A DNA stretch of 64,000 bases, from positions 620 through 64,619 of the forward strand of contig JAFTPH010000026.1 of the NCBI GenBank assembly GCA_017463365.1, in the 5' to 3' direction. How positions within the stretch are numbered: the first letter of the stretch is position 1; each line of letters starts with the position of its first letter. Made by a program: the position numbers and the translations under genes. Origin of the DNA: Bacilli bacterium (GTDB lineage Bacteria; Bacillota_I; Bacilli_A; ML615J-28; CAG-313). Under the pieces are notes generated by a model that made no database searches, was not told where the DNA came from, and saw only the letters and a program-made list of their open reading frames with translations. Positions 11,311 to 22,152 of this stretch are shown here, piece after piece.

Positions 11311-12630
11311 ATGAAAGTAACATTAGAACAAGTTAGAGATAATCTAGCTAAATTAACAATTGAAGTAAGTCCAGAAGAATTTGGAGTTGCTTTAGACAAA
11401 GCATTCGAAAAAGTTGTTAAAGAAGTTAAAATTGATGGATTCCGTCCTGGTAAATGTCCTAAATCAATGTTTATCAAACGTTTTGGATATGAAGCATTAT
11501 ATGAAGAAGCAGTTAACTTTGCTTTAAATGAAACTTATCCAAAAGCAGTTGATGAAAACAAATTATTTGTTGTTAACCAACCTACAATTGATGTTGATTT
11601 CGCAACATTAAACAAAGACAATGGTTTTACTTATACAGCAACTGTTGATGTATTACCAGCATTTGAACTTGGTGAATATAAAGGTTTAGAAGTTAAAAAA
11701 GCTTCTGAAAAAGCAAGTGCTAAAGAAGTAAAAGAACAAATTGAACGTACATTAAAATCAAAAGCTGAAAATGTTGTTAAAGAAACTCCAGCAGAACTTG
11801 GTGATACAGTAGTTATTGATTTTGAAGGATATATTGATGATCAACCATTTGATGGTGGAGCTGGGGAAAATTATCCATTAGAACTTGGTTCTAATTCATT
11901 TATCCCTGGATTTGAAGATCAATTAATTGGAACAAAACCTGAAGATAAAGTTGATGTTAAAGTAACATTCCCTAAAGACTATCATGCAGAACTTGCAGGA
12001 AAAGCAGCCGTATTTAAAGTAACTGTTCATGAAGTTAAAACTAAAGTTGTTCCTGAATTAACTGATGAGTTTGTTGCTGAATTAGAAATCGATGGTGTAA
12101 CAACTGTTGCTGAATATAAAAAACATGTTCAAGAAGAATTAAATGAACATGCTAAAAAACATTCTGATGAAAAATTCACTAACGATTTAGTAGAAAAAGC
12201 TTGCAAAAACACAAAAATTAATATTCCTGAATGTATGATTAACGATTATGTTAATGATATGAAAGCAAGAAGTGAAGCACAAGCTGCTCAATATAAAATT
12301 CCATTTGAAGTATATTTACAATACATGGGATTAACTTTAGAAGCATTTGAAAAACAAGCTAAAGAAGTTGGACAAAAACGTGTTAAAGCTGATTTAGTTT
12401 TAAGCAAAATTGCTGAAGTTGAAGAAATTAAAGTTACACCTGAAGAATTACAAGCAGAAATTGAAAAAGTTGCAAAAGAAAATGGTTTAGATGTTAAAGA
12501 AGTTGCTAAACGTGTAAATCTTAACCAACTTGCATTTAGTTTAGAACAAAGCAAAGTTATTGATTTATTAAAAGCTACAGCAGTAGCTCCTGCTAAAAAA
12601 ACAACAAAAAAAGAAGCAGCTGCTGAATAA
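11311..12630 (+). CDS. tig: Trigger factor (ribosome-associated PPIase chaperone)
   Basis: 439 aa. MKVTLEQVRDN...GFRPGKCPKSMFIKRFG is the trigger-factor N-domain. Followed by clpX and lon, as is usual. Confidence 0.95.
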   Translation: MKVTLEQVRDNLAKLTIEVSPEEFGVALDKAFEKVVKEVKIDGFRPGKCPKSMFIKRFGYEALYEEAVNFALNETYPKAVDENKLFVVNQPTIDVDFATLNKDNGFTYTATVDVLPAFELGEYKGLEVKKASEKASAKEVKEQIERTLKSKAENVVKETPAELGDTVVIDFEGYIDDQPFDGGAGENYPLELGSNSFIPGFEDQLIGTKPEDKVDVKVTFPKDYHAELAGKAAVFKVTVHEVKTKVVPELTDEFVAELEIDGVTTVAEYKKHVQEELNEHAKKHSDEKFTNDLVEKACKNTKINIPECMINDYVNDMKARSEAQAAQYKIPFEVYLQYMGLTLEAFEKQAKEVGQKRVKADLVLSKIAEVEEIKVTPEELQAEIEKVAKENGLDVKEVAKRVNLNQLAFSLEQSKVIDLLKATAVAPAKKTTKKEAAAE

Positions 12631-12690
12631 TAAATTAATCTAGTATAAAACTATGAAAAAATTTCCATAATATTTATGGAGGTTTTGAAA

Positions 12691-13881
12691 ATGGGTGATA
12701 CAAAACATGTGTGTTCCTTTTGTGGAACGGAAATAAAAGATAATAACGTAATGATAGGTATTAATGCATCTATTTGTAATAGCTGTATTGATATCTATTA
12801 TCATATTATGAGCCTAACTGATAGTTTGGTAGATGATTATCATAAAAATGAGAGTTATAATAGTGATTTGACGCCTAAAATAATTTATGAGGCCTTATCT
12901 AAAAAAGTAATTGGTCAAGAACAGGCGAAAAAAGTTTTGTCAGTTGCTTTATACAATCATTATAAAAGAATTAATCATCCCACAAATAAAATTGAAAAAG
13001 CGAATATTTTACTTATTGGTCCAACAGGAACAGGTAAGACATTACTTGCTAAAACGATGGCAGAAATCTTAGAAGTTCCCTTTGCGATTGTCGATGCAAC
13101 AGTATATACTGAAGCAGGGTATGTTGGAGAAGATGTTGAAAATATTTTATTAAAGCTTTTACAAAATGCTGATTTTAATAAAGAAAAAGCTGAACGAGGG
13201 ATTGTGTTTATTGATGAAATCGATAAAATTGCTAGAAAAAGTGAAAGTCCTTCAATTACAAGGGATGTATCGGGAGAAGGGGTACAAAATTCTTTACTAA
13301 AAATTATCGAGGGTAGTATAATCAATGTTCCACCTCATGGAGGAAGAAAACATCCGTATCAAGAATATATTTCGTTTGATACATCAAATGTTTTATTTAT
13401 TTGTGCGGGAGCATTTGCTGGGTTAAATATGCCAAAAACCAGTAAAATTGGTTTTAATGGAAATAATGATGGTTATGATTCAAAAAGTATGGTTGATGCC
13501 TTAGATAGAGTAGGTTTAATTCCAGAACTTCTTGGTAGACTTCCAGTGGTTGTTAATTTAGAACCATTAAATCATCAAGCATTAAAAGATATTTTAATTA
13601 AACCAGATAATGCGATTACGAAACAATATCAAGAATTATTAAAAATTGATAATATTGAACTAAAATTCTTAGATGAAGCTCTTGATGAAATTGTAAGTCT
13701 GGCTGAAAAAGAAAAGACTGGAGCAAGATCATTAAAGCGAATATTAGAAGAAATTATGCTTGATGTAATGTTTAATATTTCAAATGATAAACAACCAAAG
13801 TCGTTAGTTATCACTCAAAAAATGGTAAAAAGAATAAATTTAGAGAATGAATTAGAATTTAAAATGAAAGAAGGAGGTTAA
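12691..13881 (+). CDS. clpX: ATP-dependent Clp protease ATP-binding subunit ClpX
   Basis: C4 zinc-finger N-terminus (CSFCG...CNSC). Walker A GPTGTGKT and Walker B FIDEIDK. RBS TGGAGG upstream of the ATG at 12691. Confidence 0.95.
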   Translation: MGDTKHVCSFCGTEIKDNNVMIGINASICNSCIDIYYHIMSLTDSLVDDYHKNESYNSDLTPKIIYEALSKKVIGQEQAKKVLSVALYNHYKRINHPTNKIEKANILLIGPTGTGKTLLAKTMAEILEVPFAIVDATVYTEAGYVGEDVENILLKLLQNADFNKEKAERGIVFIDEIDKIARKSESPSITRDVSGEGVQNSLLKIIEGSIINVPPHGGRKHPYQEYISFDTSNVLFICAGAFAGLNMPKTSKIGFNGNNDGYDSKSMVDALDRVGLIPELLGRLPVVVNLEPLNHQALKDILIKPDNAITKQYQELLKIDNIELKFLDEALDEIVSLAEKEKTGARSLKRILEEIMLDVMFNISNDKQPKSLVITQKMVKRINLENELEFKMKEGG

Positions 13882-13884
13882 AAA

Positions 13885-16206
13885 ATGTTCACTTCCAAAG
13901 AAAAAATACAAGCTAAACTTCCTGCGATTTCTTTACGTGGAATTGTTCCGCTTCCTAATAATGAAGTTCGTTTTGAAGTAAGCGATCCGGCAGGACTTAA
14001 AGCTTTAAAAGAAGCTGAACAGTATCAAAATTATATTGTGATTCTTGTACCTAAGAATCCGGTGAATGCTAGTTTTGATATTGCTAATATGAATGAATTT
14101 GGGATTGTTGGGAAGATAATGATTAATATGAATGTTCCTAACAATGTACGTCGTGTTAAATTACAAGGGATTGTTCGATGTCAAATTCATGAAGTATTAC
14201 AAACAACTCCCCATATTTTAGTTGATTTTGAGACAATGCCATCAACTACTAAAGAACCAGATAAAGAATATCCATTATTAAATTTAGTAGCAAATGAATT
14301 AACTGATGAAAATAATAAAATTTCATTTGAAAATAAAGCCGCAATTGAAACTCTAAGTAAGGGGTTAACAAGTGATGAACTTGCTGATATTTTAGCTTAT
14401 AATCTTAAAAATGATTATAATGCTAAACTTCGTTATTTAAATGAAGTAGATGTTTGTGTGCGTTTACAAAATATTTTAGAAGATTTAAAACGTCAAAAGT
14501 TTTATTTAGAGATCGAAAATCAAATTGATCAAGAAGTAAAAAGAAGTATTAATGAGTCTCAAAAAGAATATTATTTACGCGAAAAAATGAAAGCTATTCA
14601 AGAAGAACTTGGTGATAAAGCTAAAAAAGAATCAGATATTGAAGCTTTAAGAACAAAAATCAATGAAAGTAGTATGAGTGAAGCAATGAGAACTAAAATC
14701 ACGGCTGAACTTAATCGTTATGCGACTGTTCCAGCGAATTCGGCTGAAAGTGGTATTATTAGAACTTATATTGATTTTGTTTTAAGTTTACCTTGGGGTA
14801 ATGAATCAGAAGATTGTGATAATATTGCTGAAGCGAAAAAGATTTTAGATGAAGATCATTATGGATTAGATAAAGTAAAAGATCGTATTTTGGAATATTT
14901 AGCTGTTAAAATTATGATGAAAAAGAATCCTCAAACAATCCTTTGTTTAGTAGGGCCACCAGGAGTTGGAAAAACAAGTTTAGCTAAATCAGTGGCTAGA
15001 GCATTAAATAAAAAATTTGTCAAACAAGCTTTAGGTGGAGTAAAAGATGAATCAGAAATTAGAGGTCATCGCCGTACTTATATTGGAGCACTACCTGGAC
15101 GTATTTTACAAGGAATGGTTAAAGCAACAACTAATAATCCAGTATACTTATTAGATGAAATTGACAAAATGAGTAGTGATTATAAAGGGGATCCGACAAG
15201 TGCAATGCTTGAGGTTTTAGATAGTGAACAAAATCGTTATTTTAGCGATCACTATTTAGAAGAACCATATGATTTATCGAAGGTATTCTTTATCGCTACA
15301 GCAAACTATCTTGGTAATATTCCTGCACCGCTTCGTGACCGTTTAGAGATTGTTGAAGTTTCTAGTTATACAGAGTTTGAAAAATTTGAAATTACTCGTC
15401 ATCACTTGATAGATAAACAACTTAAATTACATGGTTTATCAAAAGATATTTTCTCAATCAGTGATCAAGCAATTTACATGATTATTCAAAATTATACTCG
15501 CGAATCAGGAGTACGTGAACTTGAACGTTTAATTGGAGCCGTTATTCGTAAATCAATTAAAAAGATTTTAATGGACAATCTAAAACGTGTTGATATTACG
15601 GTTGATAATTTAGAAGAATATTTAGGTAAAGAAAAATACTCTCCAACTAAAGCGGGAGAAAAAGATCAAATTGGGGTTGTTACCGGTCTTGCCTATACCG
15701 CATATGGAGGAGATACTTTATCAATTGAAGTTACTTACTATAAGGGTAAGGGTGGCTTAGTATTAACTGGTAAGCTTGGTGATGTTATGAAAGAATCTGC
15801 TCAAGCAGCTTTAAGTTATGTTAAAACGAATGCGGAAAAATTTGGCATTGATTTTAATAAATTTAATGAAAATGATATTCATATTCATGTACCAGAAGGA
15901 GCGATTCCAAAAGATGGTCCATCGGCAGGTGTTACCATCGCTACGGCGATAATTTCTGCTTTCTCAAATCGTGAAGTTCGTCATGATGTAGGAATGACAG
16001 GAGAAATTACTCTTCGTGGAAATGTTTTACCAATTGGCGGAGTTCGTGAAAAATCAATTGCTGCTCATCGTGTAGGATTAACTAAAATCTTAATTCCAGA
16101 AGAAAACTTAAAGAACTTAGATGAAGTTCCAACAAGTGTTAAAAACAGTATGGAAATTCTTCCAATTAAAACAATTGATGAAGCAATTAAATATGCTTTA
16201 AAATAA
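13885..16206 (+). CDS. lon: ATP-dependent Lon protease
   Basis: 773 aa. Lon N-domain, AAA+ motif GPPGVGKTS, catalytic Ser in DGPSAGVT and catalytic Lys. Confidence 0.95.
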   Translation: MFTSKEKIQAKLPAISLRGIVPLPNNEVRFEVSDPAGLKALKEAEQYQNYIVILVPKNPVNASFDIANMNEFGIVGKIMINMNVPNNVRRVKLQGIVRCQIHEVLQTTPHILVDFETMPSTTKEPDKEYPLLNLVANELTDENNKISFENKAAIETLSKGLTSDELADILAYNLKNDYNAKLRYLNEVDVCVRLQNILEDLKRQKFYLEIENQIDQEVKRSINESQKEYYLREKMKAIQEELGDKAKKESDIEALRTKINESSMSEAMRTKITAELNRYATVPANSAESGIIRTYIDFVLSLPWGNESEDCDNIAEAKKILDEDHYGLDKVKDRILEYLAVKIMMKKNPQTILCLVGPPGVGKTSLAKSVARALNKKFVKQALGGVKDESEIRGHRRTYIGALPGRILQGMVKATTNNPVYLLDEIDKMSSDYKGDPTSAMLEVLDSEQNRYFSDHYLEEPYDLSKVFFIATANYLGNIPAPLRDRLEIVEVSSYTEFEKFEITRHHLIDKQLKLHGLSKDIFSISDQAIYMIIQNYTRESGVRELERLIGAVIRKSIKKILMDNLKRVDITVDNLEEYLGKEKYSPTKAGEKDQIGVVTGLAYTAYGGDTLSIEVTYYKGKGGLVLTGKLGDVMKESAQAALSYVKTNAEKFGIDFNKFNENDIHIHVPEGAIPKDGPSAGVTIATAIISAFSNREVRHDVGMTGEITLRGNVLPIGGVREKSIAAHRVGLTKILIPEENLKNLDEVPTSVKNSMEILPIKTIDEAIKYALK

Positions 16207-16215
16207 AGTTATTAA

Positions 16216-16257
16216 AAGACTAAAAATATGCTTATTTTTAGTCTTTATTTTTTTAAA
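16216..16257 (+). terminator. Terminator after lon
   Basis: AGACTAAAAATA-tgct-TATTTTTAGTCT followed by a T-run. Confidence 0.8.
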
Positions 16258-16293
16258 ATATGTTATACTATATAGAGAAAGTTAGGTGTTATA

Positions 16294-16830
16294 ATGTTAA
16301 TATTAGTTGGGCCAAGTGCATCAGGAAAAACCGAAGTAGTAAAATTATTAATTGAAAAATATAATATGAAAAAACTTGTAACTTATACAAGTCGTCCTAT
16401 GCGTGTAGGAGAAGTAAATCATCTTGATTATCATTTTTTATCAAAAGAAGAATTTGTGGAAAAAATCAAGAGTGGATTCTTTTTAGAGTATGTTGAATAT
16501 AATGGTAATTATTATGGAACAAGTTATGAAGGTTTGGATCCTGATAAAGTAGTTATTTTAGAACCAAGTGGATTAAAACATTATCTTGAAAGTGCGAAAG
16601 ATTTAGTGAAAATCTGTTATATTACATGTAGTAAAGACTTACGCAAACAAAGAATGATTAAACGTGGTGATTCTTTAGAAAGCATAAAGATGCGTTTATC
16701 TGGTGATGATTTAGTATTTACTGATGAATTAAATAACCTAGCTGATTGGGTAATTAATGATTTAGATTACACATTAGAAAAACTAACCGCTAAAGTGTAT
16801 GAATTATATAAGGAATGGTTGAATGAATAA
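16294..16830 (+). CDS. Guanylate-kinase-family protein (short paralog)
   Basis: P-loop VGPSASGKT and GMP-kinase-like fold signature (YTSRP...YHF...EF). 178 aa is shorter than a canonical Gmk, and the gene is not in the gmk-rpoZ context. Confidence 0.6.
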   Translation: MLILVGPSASGKTEVVKLLIEKYNMKKLVTYTSRPMRVGEVNHLDYHFLSKEEFVEKIKSGFFLEYVEYNGNYYGTSYEGLDPDKVVILEPSGLKHYLESAKDLVKICYITCSKDLRKQRMIKRGDSLESIKMRLSGDDLVFTDELNNLADWVINDLDYTLEKLTAKVYELYKEWLNE

Positions 16831-17521
16831 ACTAGAATGTTTAGAAAATAATAATATTCCTTATATAATAAAAAAAGGTAAATATAAAAGAATAATCATT
16901 GGTTATTACCATCAAACAACTTTAACAATTAAAACACCAATTAATATGCCTTTTCATAAACTTGAAAAATTTATTAATGATAATCTTGAATGGATTATTA
17001 AAAAACAACCTCAAGGGTATTATTTAAATACTAAATATGAAACAGATTCAAAATATCTTTTTTTGGGTCATGAATACAAATTAAAGATTTTAGCATCAAA
17101 TATTGAAAAAGTTGAGCTTTTTAATGATGAACTAGTTATTTATTCAAAGAGTTTAGAAGAAGCCAAAATTAAAACTATTTTAAATAAATGGCGTAAAACC
17201 CAGGCAGAATTGATCTTTCAAGAAGTATTAAATAAATGTTTTAAAGAGATGAATAAGTATTTAATAAAATATCCTCTGTTAGAAATAAAAAAGTATAAAT
17301 CACGTTGGGGATGTTGCTATCCTAAACAAAATAAAATTATTATTAATATTAGTGTAGTAAATTTACCAATTAATTTTATTGAATATGTTATTTTCCATGA
17401 ATTAACTCATTTTGTTCATCTCAATCATAGTAAAGAATTTCACCAATTGTTACAAAAATTTGTACCAAATGAGAGAATTTTAAAAAAAGAAATAACTAAG
17501 TATAATCCTATTTATGAATAA
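16823..17521 (+). CDS. YgjP/SprT-like zinc metallohydrolase (DUF45, M48-like)
   Basis: HEXXH motif in ...FIEYVIFHELTHFVHLNHSKEF..., characteristic of the DUF45 family. Confidence 0.7.
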   Translation: MNKLECLENNNIPYIIKKGKYKRIIIGYYHQTTLTIKTPINMPFHKLEKFINDNLEWIIKKQPQGYYLNTKYETDSKYLFLGHEYKLKILASNIEKVELFNDELVIYSKSLEEAKIKTILNKWRKTQAELIFQEVLNKCFKEMNKYLIKYPLLEIKKYKSRWGCCYPKQNKIIINISVVNLPINFIEYVIFHELTHFVHLNHSKEFHQLLQKFVPNERILKKEITKYNPIYE

Positions 17522-17667
17522 ATTATTGTAATTTATAAAAAAGACTTAAAATTAAGCGATTTTAGGCCTTTTTTTATGAATATTTGACTATTTTTCGAAA
17601 ACTATTTCACTCGACAAATAACCCTAAAATATGATAAAATATTAGAGAAGGGTGATGGGAGGTAATA

Positions 17668-18927
17668 ATGAAAAATAGTTTAAAAGCATTACAAGAAAAG
17701 TATGGGAATGTTGAAAAAGAAAATGTATTAAGATTAATTAGATACATGAAAAGAAAACGCCTTGAACAAGGAAAAACTTTAGAAAATGTTAGTAAAGGTG
17801 TATGTAGTCCTAGCTACTATTCAAAAATTGAAAATGGTTTAGTTGATGTAGATGATTATTATTTAAAGAAATTATGTGAAAATCTAAATATTGAATATGA
17901 CAATGTTAAATGTAATCGCGATGATACATTTTTTAGTACCGTTGTTGAATATTATCTTTTAAATCGTTTTGATTTATTAGATGATAAACTAAAAAGAATG
18001 GTTAATGCGGGAGTATATTGTGATACGGAATTAGAACTGATTATTTTATTAACAGATATTTTAAATAAAAATTTTAATGAAGCTTTTACTTTAATTACTA
18101 AATTAGAAGATATTAGGAATATTTTATCAAAAGAAGAATTATATTTGTTAGCTTTTTTATCAACACTATACTTATTTAAAATTAACCAATTTAAAACAGC
18201 TGCAGAACAAATCGAAATATTAAAAAATAATCCTTCAGATAATATGTATTTTAATATTGCGGTATGGGATTTGGGAGCAGATATTTACTTTTGTTTAGGA
18301 AAAGAAAGTACATTTTTTAGATATTATCAAGGATTAAAACAATTTGATAACCAAGAACTTTACAATAATCGTATTCTAATGCATAATTTACAGTGTCTAG
18401 TATTGTATGCTAAAAATGGGAATGTGGATGTTGAAGATGAACTAGATGTACAGTTATTAACAATAAAAAACAATGACTTAGATGAAAACAAAATCGTTTT
18501 TTATCAAGGTTTAATTTACTACTACTTAGCAGATTATTTAAGAGCTTTAGATATTCTTAATGTTGCTGGTCCTGACTATGCTATTTTATGTCTTGAAGCA
18601 ATGGTATTAAGTAAAATAAATGATTTTGAAAAAAGCGGTAAGTATCTTAGAAAAATAAAAAAGAGCGCAGAGCATTCTGATTATGAAAAACTATATGTTA
18701 GCTATTTAGAATATATGAAGGGTAAATTTGAACAACATAGCTATCTTAAAATGCAAGGATATTTAAAGAGTTATGTTTTACCACTAGGCAAAAAATATGG
18801 TTTATTTTGGCTGTATGAAGAAGAAATACGAGAATATTTGAATTTATGTTTTGAACTTGGTAAATATAAAGAGGTTGTTAGATTTTTAATTAAAAATGGC
18901 GACTTGGATTTTTTAAAGAAACATTAG
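17668..18927 (+). CDS. XRE-family HTH transcriptional regulator with C-terminal TPR-like domain (RNPP/Rgg-like)
   Basis: N-terminal HTH (LENVSKGVCSPSYYSKIENG). ~340-aa C-terminal helical repeat region. RBS GGGAGG. Confidence 0.7.
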   Translation: MKNSLKALQEKYGNVEKENVLRLIRYMKRKRLEQGKTLENVSKGVCSPSYYSKIENGLVDVDDYYLKKLCENLNIEYDNVKCNRDDTFFSTVVEYYLLNRFDLLDDKLKRMVNAGVYCDTELELIILLTDILNKNFNEAFTLITKLEDIRNILSKEELYLLAFLSTLYLFKINQFKTAAEQIEILKNNPSDNMYFNIAVWDLGADIYFCLGKESTFFRYYQGLKQFDNQELYNNRILMHNLQCLVLYAKNGNVDVEDELDVQLLTIKNNDLDENKIVFYQGLIYYYLADYLRALDILNVAGPDYAILCLEAMVLSKINDFEKSGKYLRKIKKSAEHSDYEKLYVSYLEYMKGKFEQHSYLKMQGYLKSYVLPLGKKYGLFWLYEEEIREYLNLCFELGKYKEVVRFLIKNGDLDFLKKH

Positions 18928-18938
18928 GAGGTAATAAA

Positions 18939-19532
18939 ATGGAGTTTCTTGAACTATATCCCAAAATTAAAGAATATGCTTTAGAACATGGAACTCCAAT
19001 TATTATGGAAGATTCTTTAGTATATATTAAAAAGATAATTGAAGAACGAAAAATAAAAAAGATCTTAGAAATTGGTACGGCAATAGCTTATTCAGCTCTT
19101 CATTTCGCAAGCGTAAGCGAAGATGTATTAGTTGATACAATTGAAAGAAATCCAGAAATGATTATGCAAGCAACTAAAAATCTTGAAGAATATGATCTAA
19201 AAAAACAAATAAAAATTCACCCTTTCGATGCGTTAGAATGTTCTTTAGATGATTTTGATAGTGAGTATGATTTATTATTTATTGATGCGGCTAAAGCCCA
19301 ATCACAAAGATTTTTTGAACGTTATTTGCCGTTATTAAAACCAAATGCTTTAATAATTACTGATAATATGAATTTTCATAATGTTTCAGTTGATGATGAA
19401 AATATTTCTAAAAATTTAAGAAATATGTTAAAGAAAATTCAAAGATATCATGATTGGTTAGCTAATCATCCTGATTTTACAACCGAATTTATTGATTTGG
19501 GTGATGGGCTAGCGATTACTTGGAGAAAGTAA
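18939..19532 (+). CDS. trmR: tRNA 5-hydroxyuridine O-methyltransferase (YrrM/TrmR, class I SAM O-methyltransferase)
   Basis: Caffeoyl-CoA-OMT-like SAM fold (LEIGTAIAYSALHFA...LLFIDAAK). Followed by the two U32-peptidase genes, as in the B. subtilis yrrMNO operon. Confidence 0.8.
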   Translation: MEFLELYPKIKEYALEHGTPIIMEDSLVYIKKIIEERKIKKILEIGTAIAYSALHFASVSEDVLVDTIERNPEMIMQATKNLEEYDLKKQIKIHPFDALECSLDDFDSEYDLLFIDAAKAQSQRFFERYLPLLKPNALIITDNMNFHNVSVDDENISKNLRNMLKKIQRYHDWLANHPDFTTEFIDLGDGLAITWRK

Positions 19533-19533
19533 T

Positions 19534-20394
19534 ATGAAATTAGTAGTAGAGTTAAAAGAAAAAAGTTTGATTGATAAATTTTTAGATGTTGATGGCTTTA
19601 TAATTAATCTTGAAGGGCTTAGTTGCTATTATGATGAATTATGTCCTATGGAAGAGTTAGAAGAAGTAATTAAAAAAATCCATCAAAATAATCAAAAAGT
19701 ATATCTTAACGCCAGAAAAATTTTCCATGAAAATGAGCTTGATAATTTAGATCAATTACTTGATCGATTACTTGAATTAGAAATAGATTATTATTTTTAT
19801 GGTGATGTTACTTTTTATGAGATGGCTTGTAAAAAACATTTTACTGATAAACTAATTTATCAAGTTAATACTTATATGACTAATCATTTGGATATTATGG
19901 TGATGTTAAAAGAAAACCATAGTGTTGTTGTATCGACTGAAGTAAGTTTTGACGAATTAAAAGATATTACTAACAAAGTAAAAGAGCCTTTGTATATTCA
20001 TTCATTTGGATATTATCCAATCTTTCATTCACGCCGTGAACTAATCACTAATTACCAAAAGTATCGTCAAATCGAAGTAGATACAAGTAGTAATTATGAT
20101 ATTGTGGAAGAATTAAGAGAAAGTCACTATCCAATTGAACAAAATGAAAATGGAATGGCTGTTTACTTAGATGGGGCTTATTGTTTGGCAGAAGAGATTA
20201 AAGAGTTAGGTTTAGATAATTATTATGTTATAACATCTAAATTTATTGAAACAAATGATTTTGAAAAAATAGTGGATATATATAATAAAGAAGAGTTTGA
20301 TAAATTACCAACTATCGATATTATTTATACCAAAGGTTTACTATATGAAAAAAGCAAACTCCTAAAGAAAGAAGGAGGTGCAAGTTGTGAATAA
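19534..20394 (+). CDS. trhP1: tRNA hydroxylation protein, peptidase-U32-family (YrrN-like)
   Basis: 286 aa. Position and operon context (trmR upstream, YrrO-like downstream). Reduced U32-like sequence. Confidence 0.6.
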   Translation: MKLVVELKEKSLIDKFLDVDGFIINLEGLSCYYDELCPMEELEEVIKKIHQNNQKVYLNARKIFHENELDNLDQLLDRLLELEIDYYFYGDVTFYEMACKKHFTDKLIYQVNTYMTNHLDIMVMLKENHSVVVSTEVSFDELKDITNKVKEPLYIHSFGYYPIFHSRRELITNYQKYRQIEVDTSSNYDIVEELRESHYPIEQNENGMAVYLDGAYCLAEEIKELGLDNYYVITSKFIETNDFEKIVDIYNKEEFDKLPTIDIIYTKGLLYEKSKLLKKEGGASCE

Positions 20395-21586
20395 AGTTGA
20401 ATTATTAGCACCGGCTGGTTCTTTAGAAAAAGCGAAGATAGCTTTAACATATGGAGCTGATGCGGTATACGTGGGAGGAAAACAATTTAGTTTAAGAGCA
20501 AGAGCATCTAATTTTGATTTAAAGGATTTAGAAGAACTAGCTAGTTTTGCCCATAATTTAAACAAAAAAGTTTATGTTACAATGAATATTATTCCACATG
20601 ATGCCGATTTAGATGGTTTAGATGAATATTTAAAAGCATTAGATGCTATAAAAATTGATGCGATTATCACTTCATCAAGATATATTATGGAGCGCGCAAA
20701 AGAGGTTGCTGCCTCTTTAGAATTACATCTTAGTACACAAATGTCAACAACAACTAGTTTAGGAATTGATTATTATCATAAGCGTGGGGTTTCAAGAGTT
20801 GTGTTGGCTAGAGAAGTAACACTTTGTGAAATTGAACAAATTATGAAAAAAACTAATGTTGAGATTGAAGTATTTGTTCATGGTGGAATGTGTTCTAGTT
20901 ATTCAGGGCATTGTGTTTTAAGTAACCATATGACTAATCGTGATGCTAACCGCGGAGGATGTGCTCATTCATGTCGTTGGAATTATACACTATATAAAAA
21001 TGGAGAAAAACAACCAATGTTTTATAATATCGGTTCAAAAGATTTAATGGCGCTTAAATTTATTCCTAAGTTATTGGATTTAGGGGTTGCATCTTTAAAA
21101 ATAGAAGGACGTATGAAGTCTAGTTATTACTTAGCGGTTGTTATTAGAAGTTATCGAATGTTAATAGATGCTTATTATGAAAAGGGCTATGTAACCGAAG
21201 AAGATTTAAAAAAATCAGAAATTGAAATTGGAAAAGCTGAAAATCGTTTGACTTCTAATGGATTTTTTGAAGGATTACCGAAAGTTGAAGGTGGACTTTA
21301 CGATGATCGTTCAGAACATCCAACAAAAGAATATATTGGATGGGTTATGGCATATGATGAATCGACAAATGTCGCATTGATTGAACAACGCAATTATTTT
21401 AAAGTGGGAGATGAAGTTGAATTCTTTGGTCCAACTTTACCAAATACTAAAATGATAATTGATGAAATAATTGATTATGAAACAAAAGAAAAAAGGGAAG
21501 TTGCTAATCATCCACTACAATTATTATTAATTAAAGTTCCGTTTAAATTGACGAAGGATGATATGGTGCGTAAAGTTAATATATAA
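20387..21586 (+). CDS. trhP2: tRNA hydroxylation protein, peptidase U32 family (YrrO-like)
   Basis: Canonical U32 N-terminus ...VELLAPAGSLEKAKIALTYGADAVYVGG and the E-x-F-x-H-G-x-x-C motif (IEVFVHGGMC). GTG start at 20387 with GGAGG 8 nt upstream (ORF track: 20378). Confidence 0.85.
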   Translation: MNKVELLAPAGSLEKAKIALTYGADAVYVGGKQFSLRARASNFDLKDLEELASFAHNLNKKVYVTMNIIPHDADLDGLDEYLKALDAIKIDAIITSSRYIMERAKEVAASLELHLSTQMSTTTSLGIDYYHKRGVSRVVLAREVTLCEIEQIMKKTNVEIEVFVHGGMCSSYSGHCVLSNHMTNRDANRGGCAHSCRWNYTLYKNGEKQPMFYNIGSKDLMALKFIPKLLDLGVASLKIEGRMKSSYYLAVVIRSYRMLIDAYYEKGYVTEEDLKKSEIEIGKAENRLTSNGFFEGLPKVEGGLYDDRSEHPTKEYIGWVMAYDESTNVALIEQRNYFKVGDEVEFFGPTLPNTKMIIDEIIDYETKEKREVANHPLQLLLIKVPFKLTKDDMVRKVNI

Positions 21587-21589
21587 TTC

Positions 21590-21618
21590 TTGCAATTTTT
21601 CATAAAATTTGGTATAAT
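21590..21618 (+). promoter_or_regulatory. Sigma-A-type promoter for greA
   Basis: TTGCAA (21590-95), 17-nt spacer, TATAAT (21613-18). Confidence 0.6.
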
Positions 21619-21659
21619 AATATGCAAGAAAAATCAAGGAAAATTGAGAGGTTAAAAAT

Positions 21660-22151
21660 ATGAGTGAAAAATTTACCTTAACTGAAGAAGGTTTAAAGAA
21701 TCTTCAAGATGAGTTATATCAACTAAAAAACGTTGATCGTGTTAAAAATATTACTGCTTTACAAGAAGCAAGAGCCCAAGGGGACTTATCAGAAAACGCT
21801 GACTATGATGCAGCACGTGATCAACAAGCACAAATTGCGGCAAGAATTAGCACAATTGAAAAAATCTTAAAAAACTATGAAATTATTAAAGACGGAGCTA
21901 ATAATCTTGGTAAATGGGTTAAAATCGAATTCTTAGATTTAGAAGATGAAGATGAACCATCAGTTGAAGTTTACAAAATTGTTGGGACATTAGAAGCTGA
22001 CCCATTACGTCAATTAATTTCTAATGAATCTCCGCTTGGTAGCGCAATCGTTAACCATAAAGTGGGTGACAAAGTTTATGTTAAATCTGAAAGTGGTGAA
22101 GAATTCTGGGTATTAATCCACGAAATCTCATCAAAAGAAATTGACGCATAA
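21660..22151 (+). CDS. greA: Transcription elongation factor GreA
   Basis: 163 aa. Coiled-coil N-domain with the conserved acidic tip (...GDLSENADYDAARDQQA...) and the FKBP-like C-domain. Confidence 0.95.
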   Translation: MSEKFTLTEEGLKNLQDELYQLKNVDRVKNITALQEARAQGDLSENADYDAARDQQAQIAARISTIEKILKNYEIIKDGANNLGKWVKIEFLDLEDEDEPSVEVYKIVGTLEADPLRQLISNESPLGSAIVNHKVGDKVYVKSESGEEFWVLIHEISSKEIDA

Positions 22152-22152
22152 T

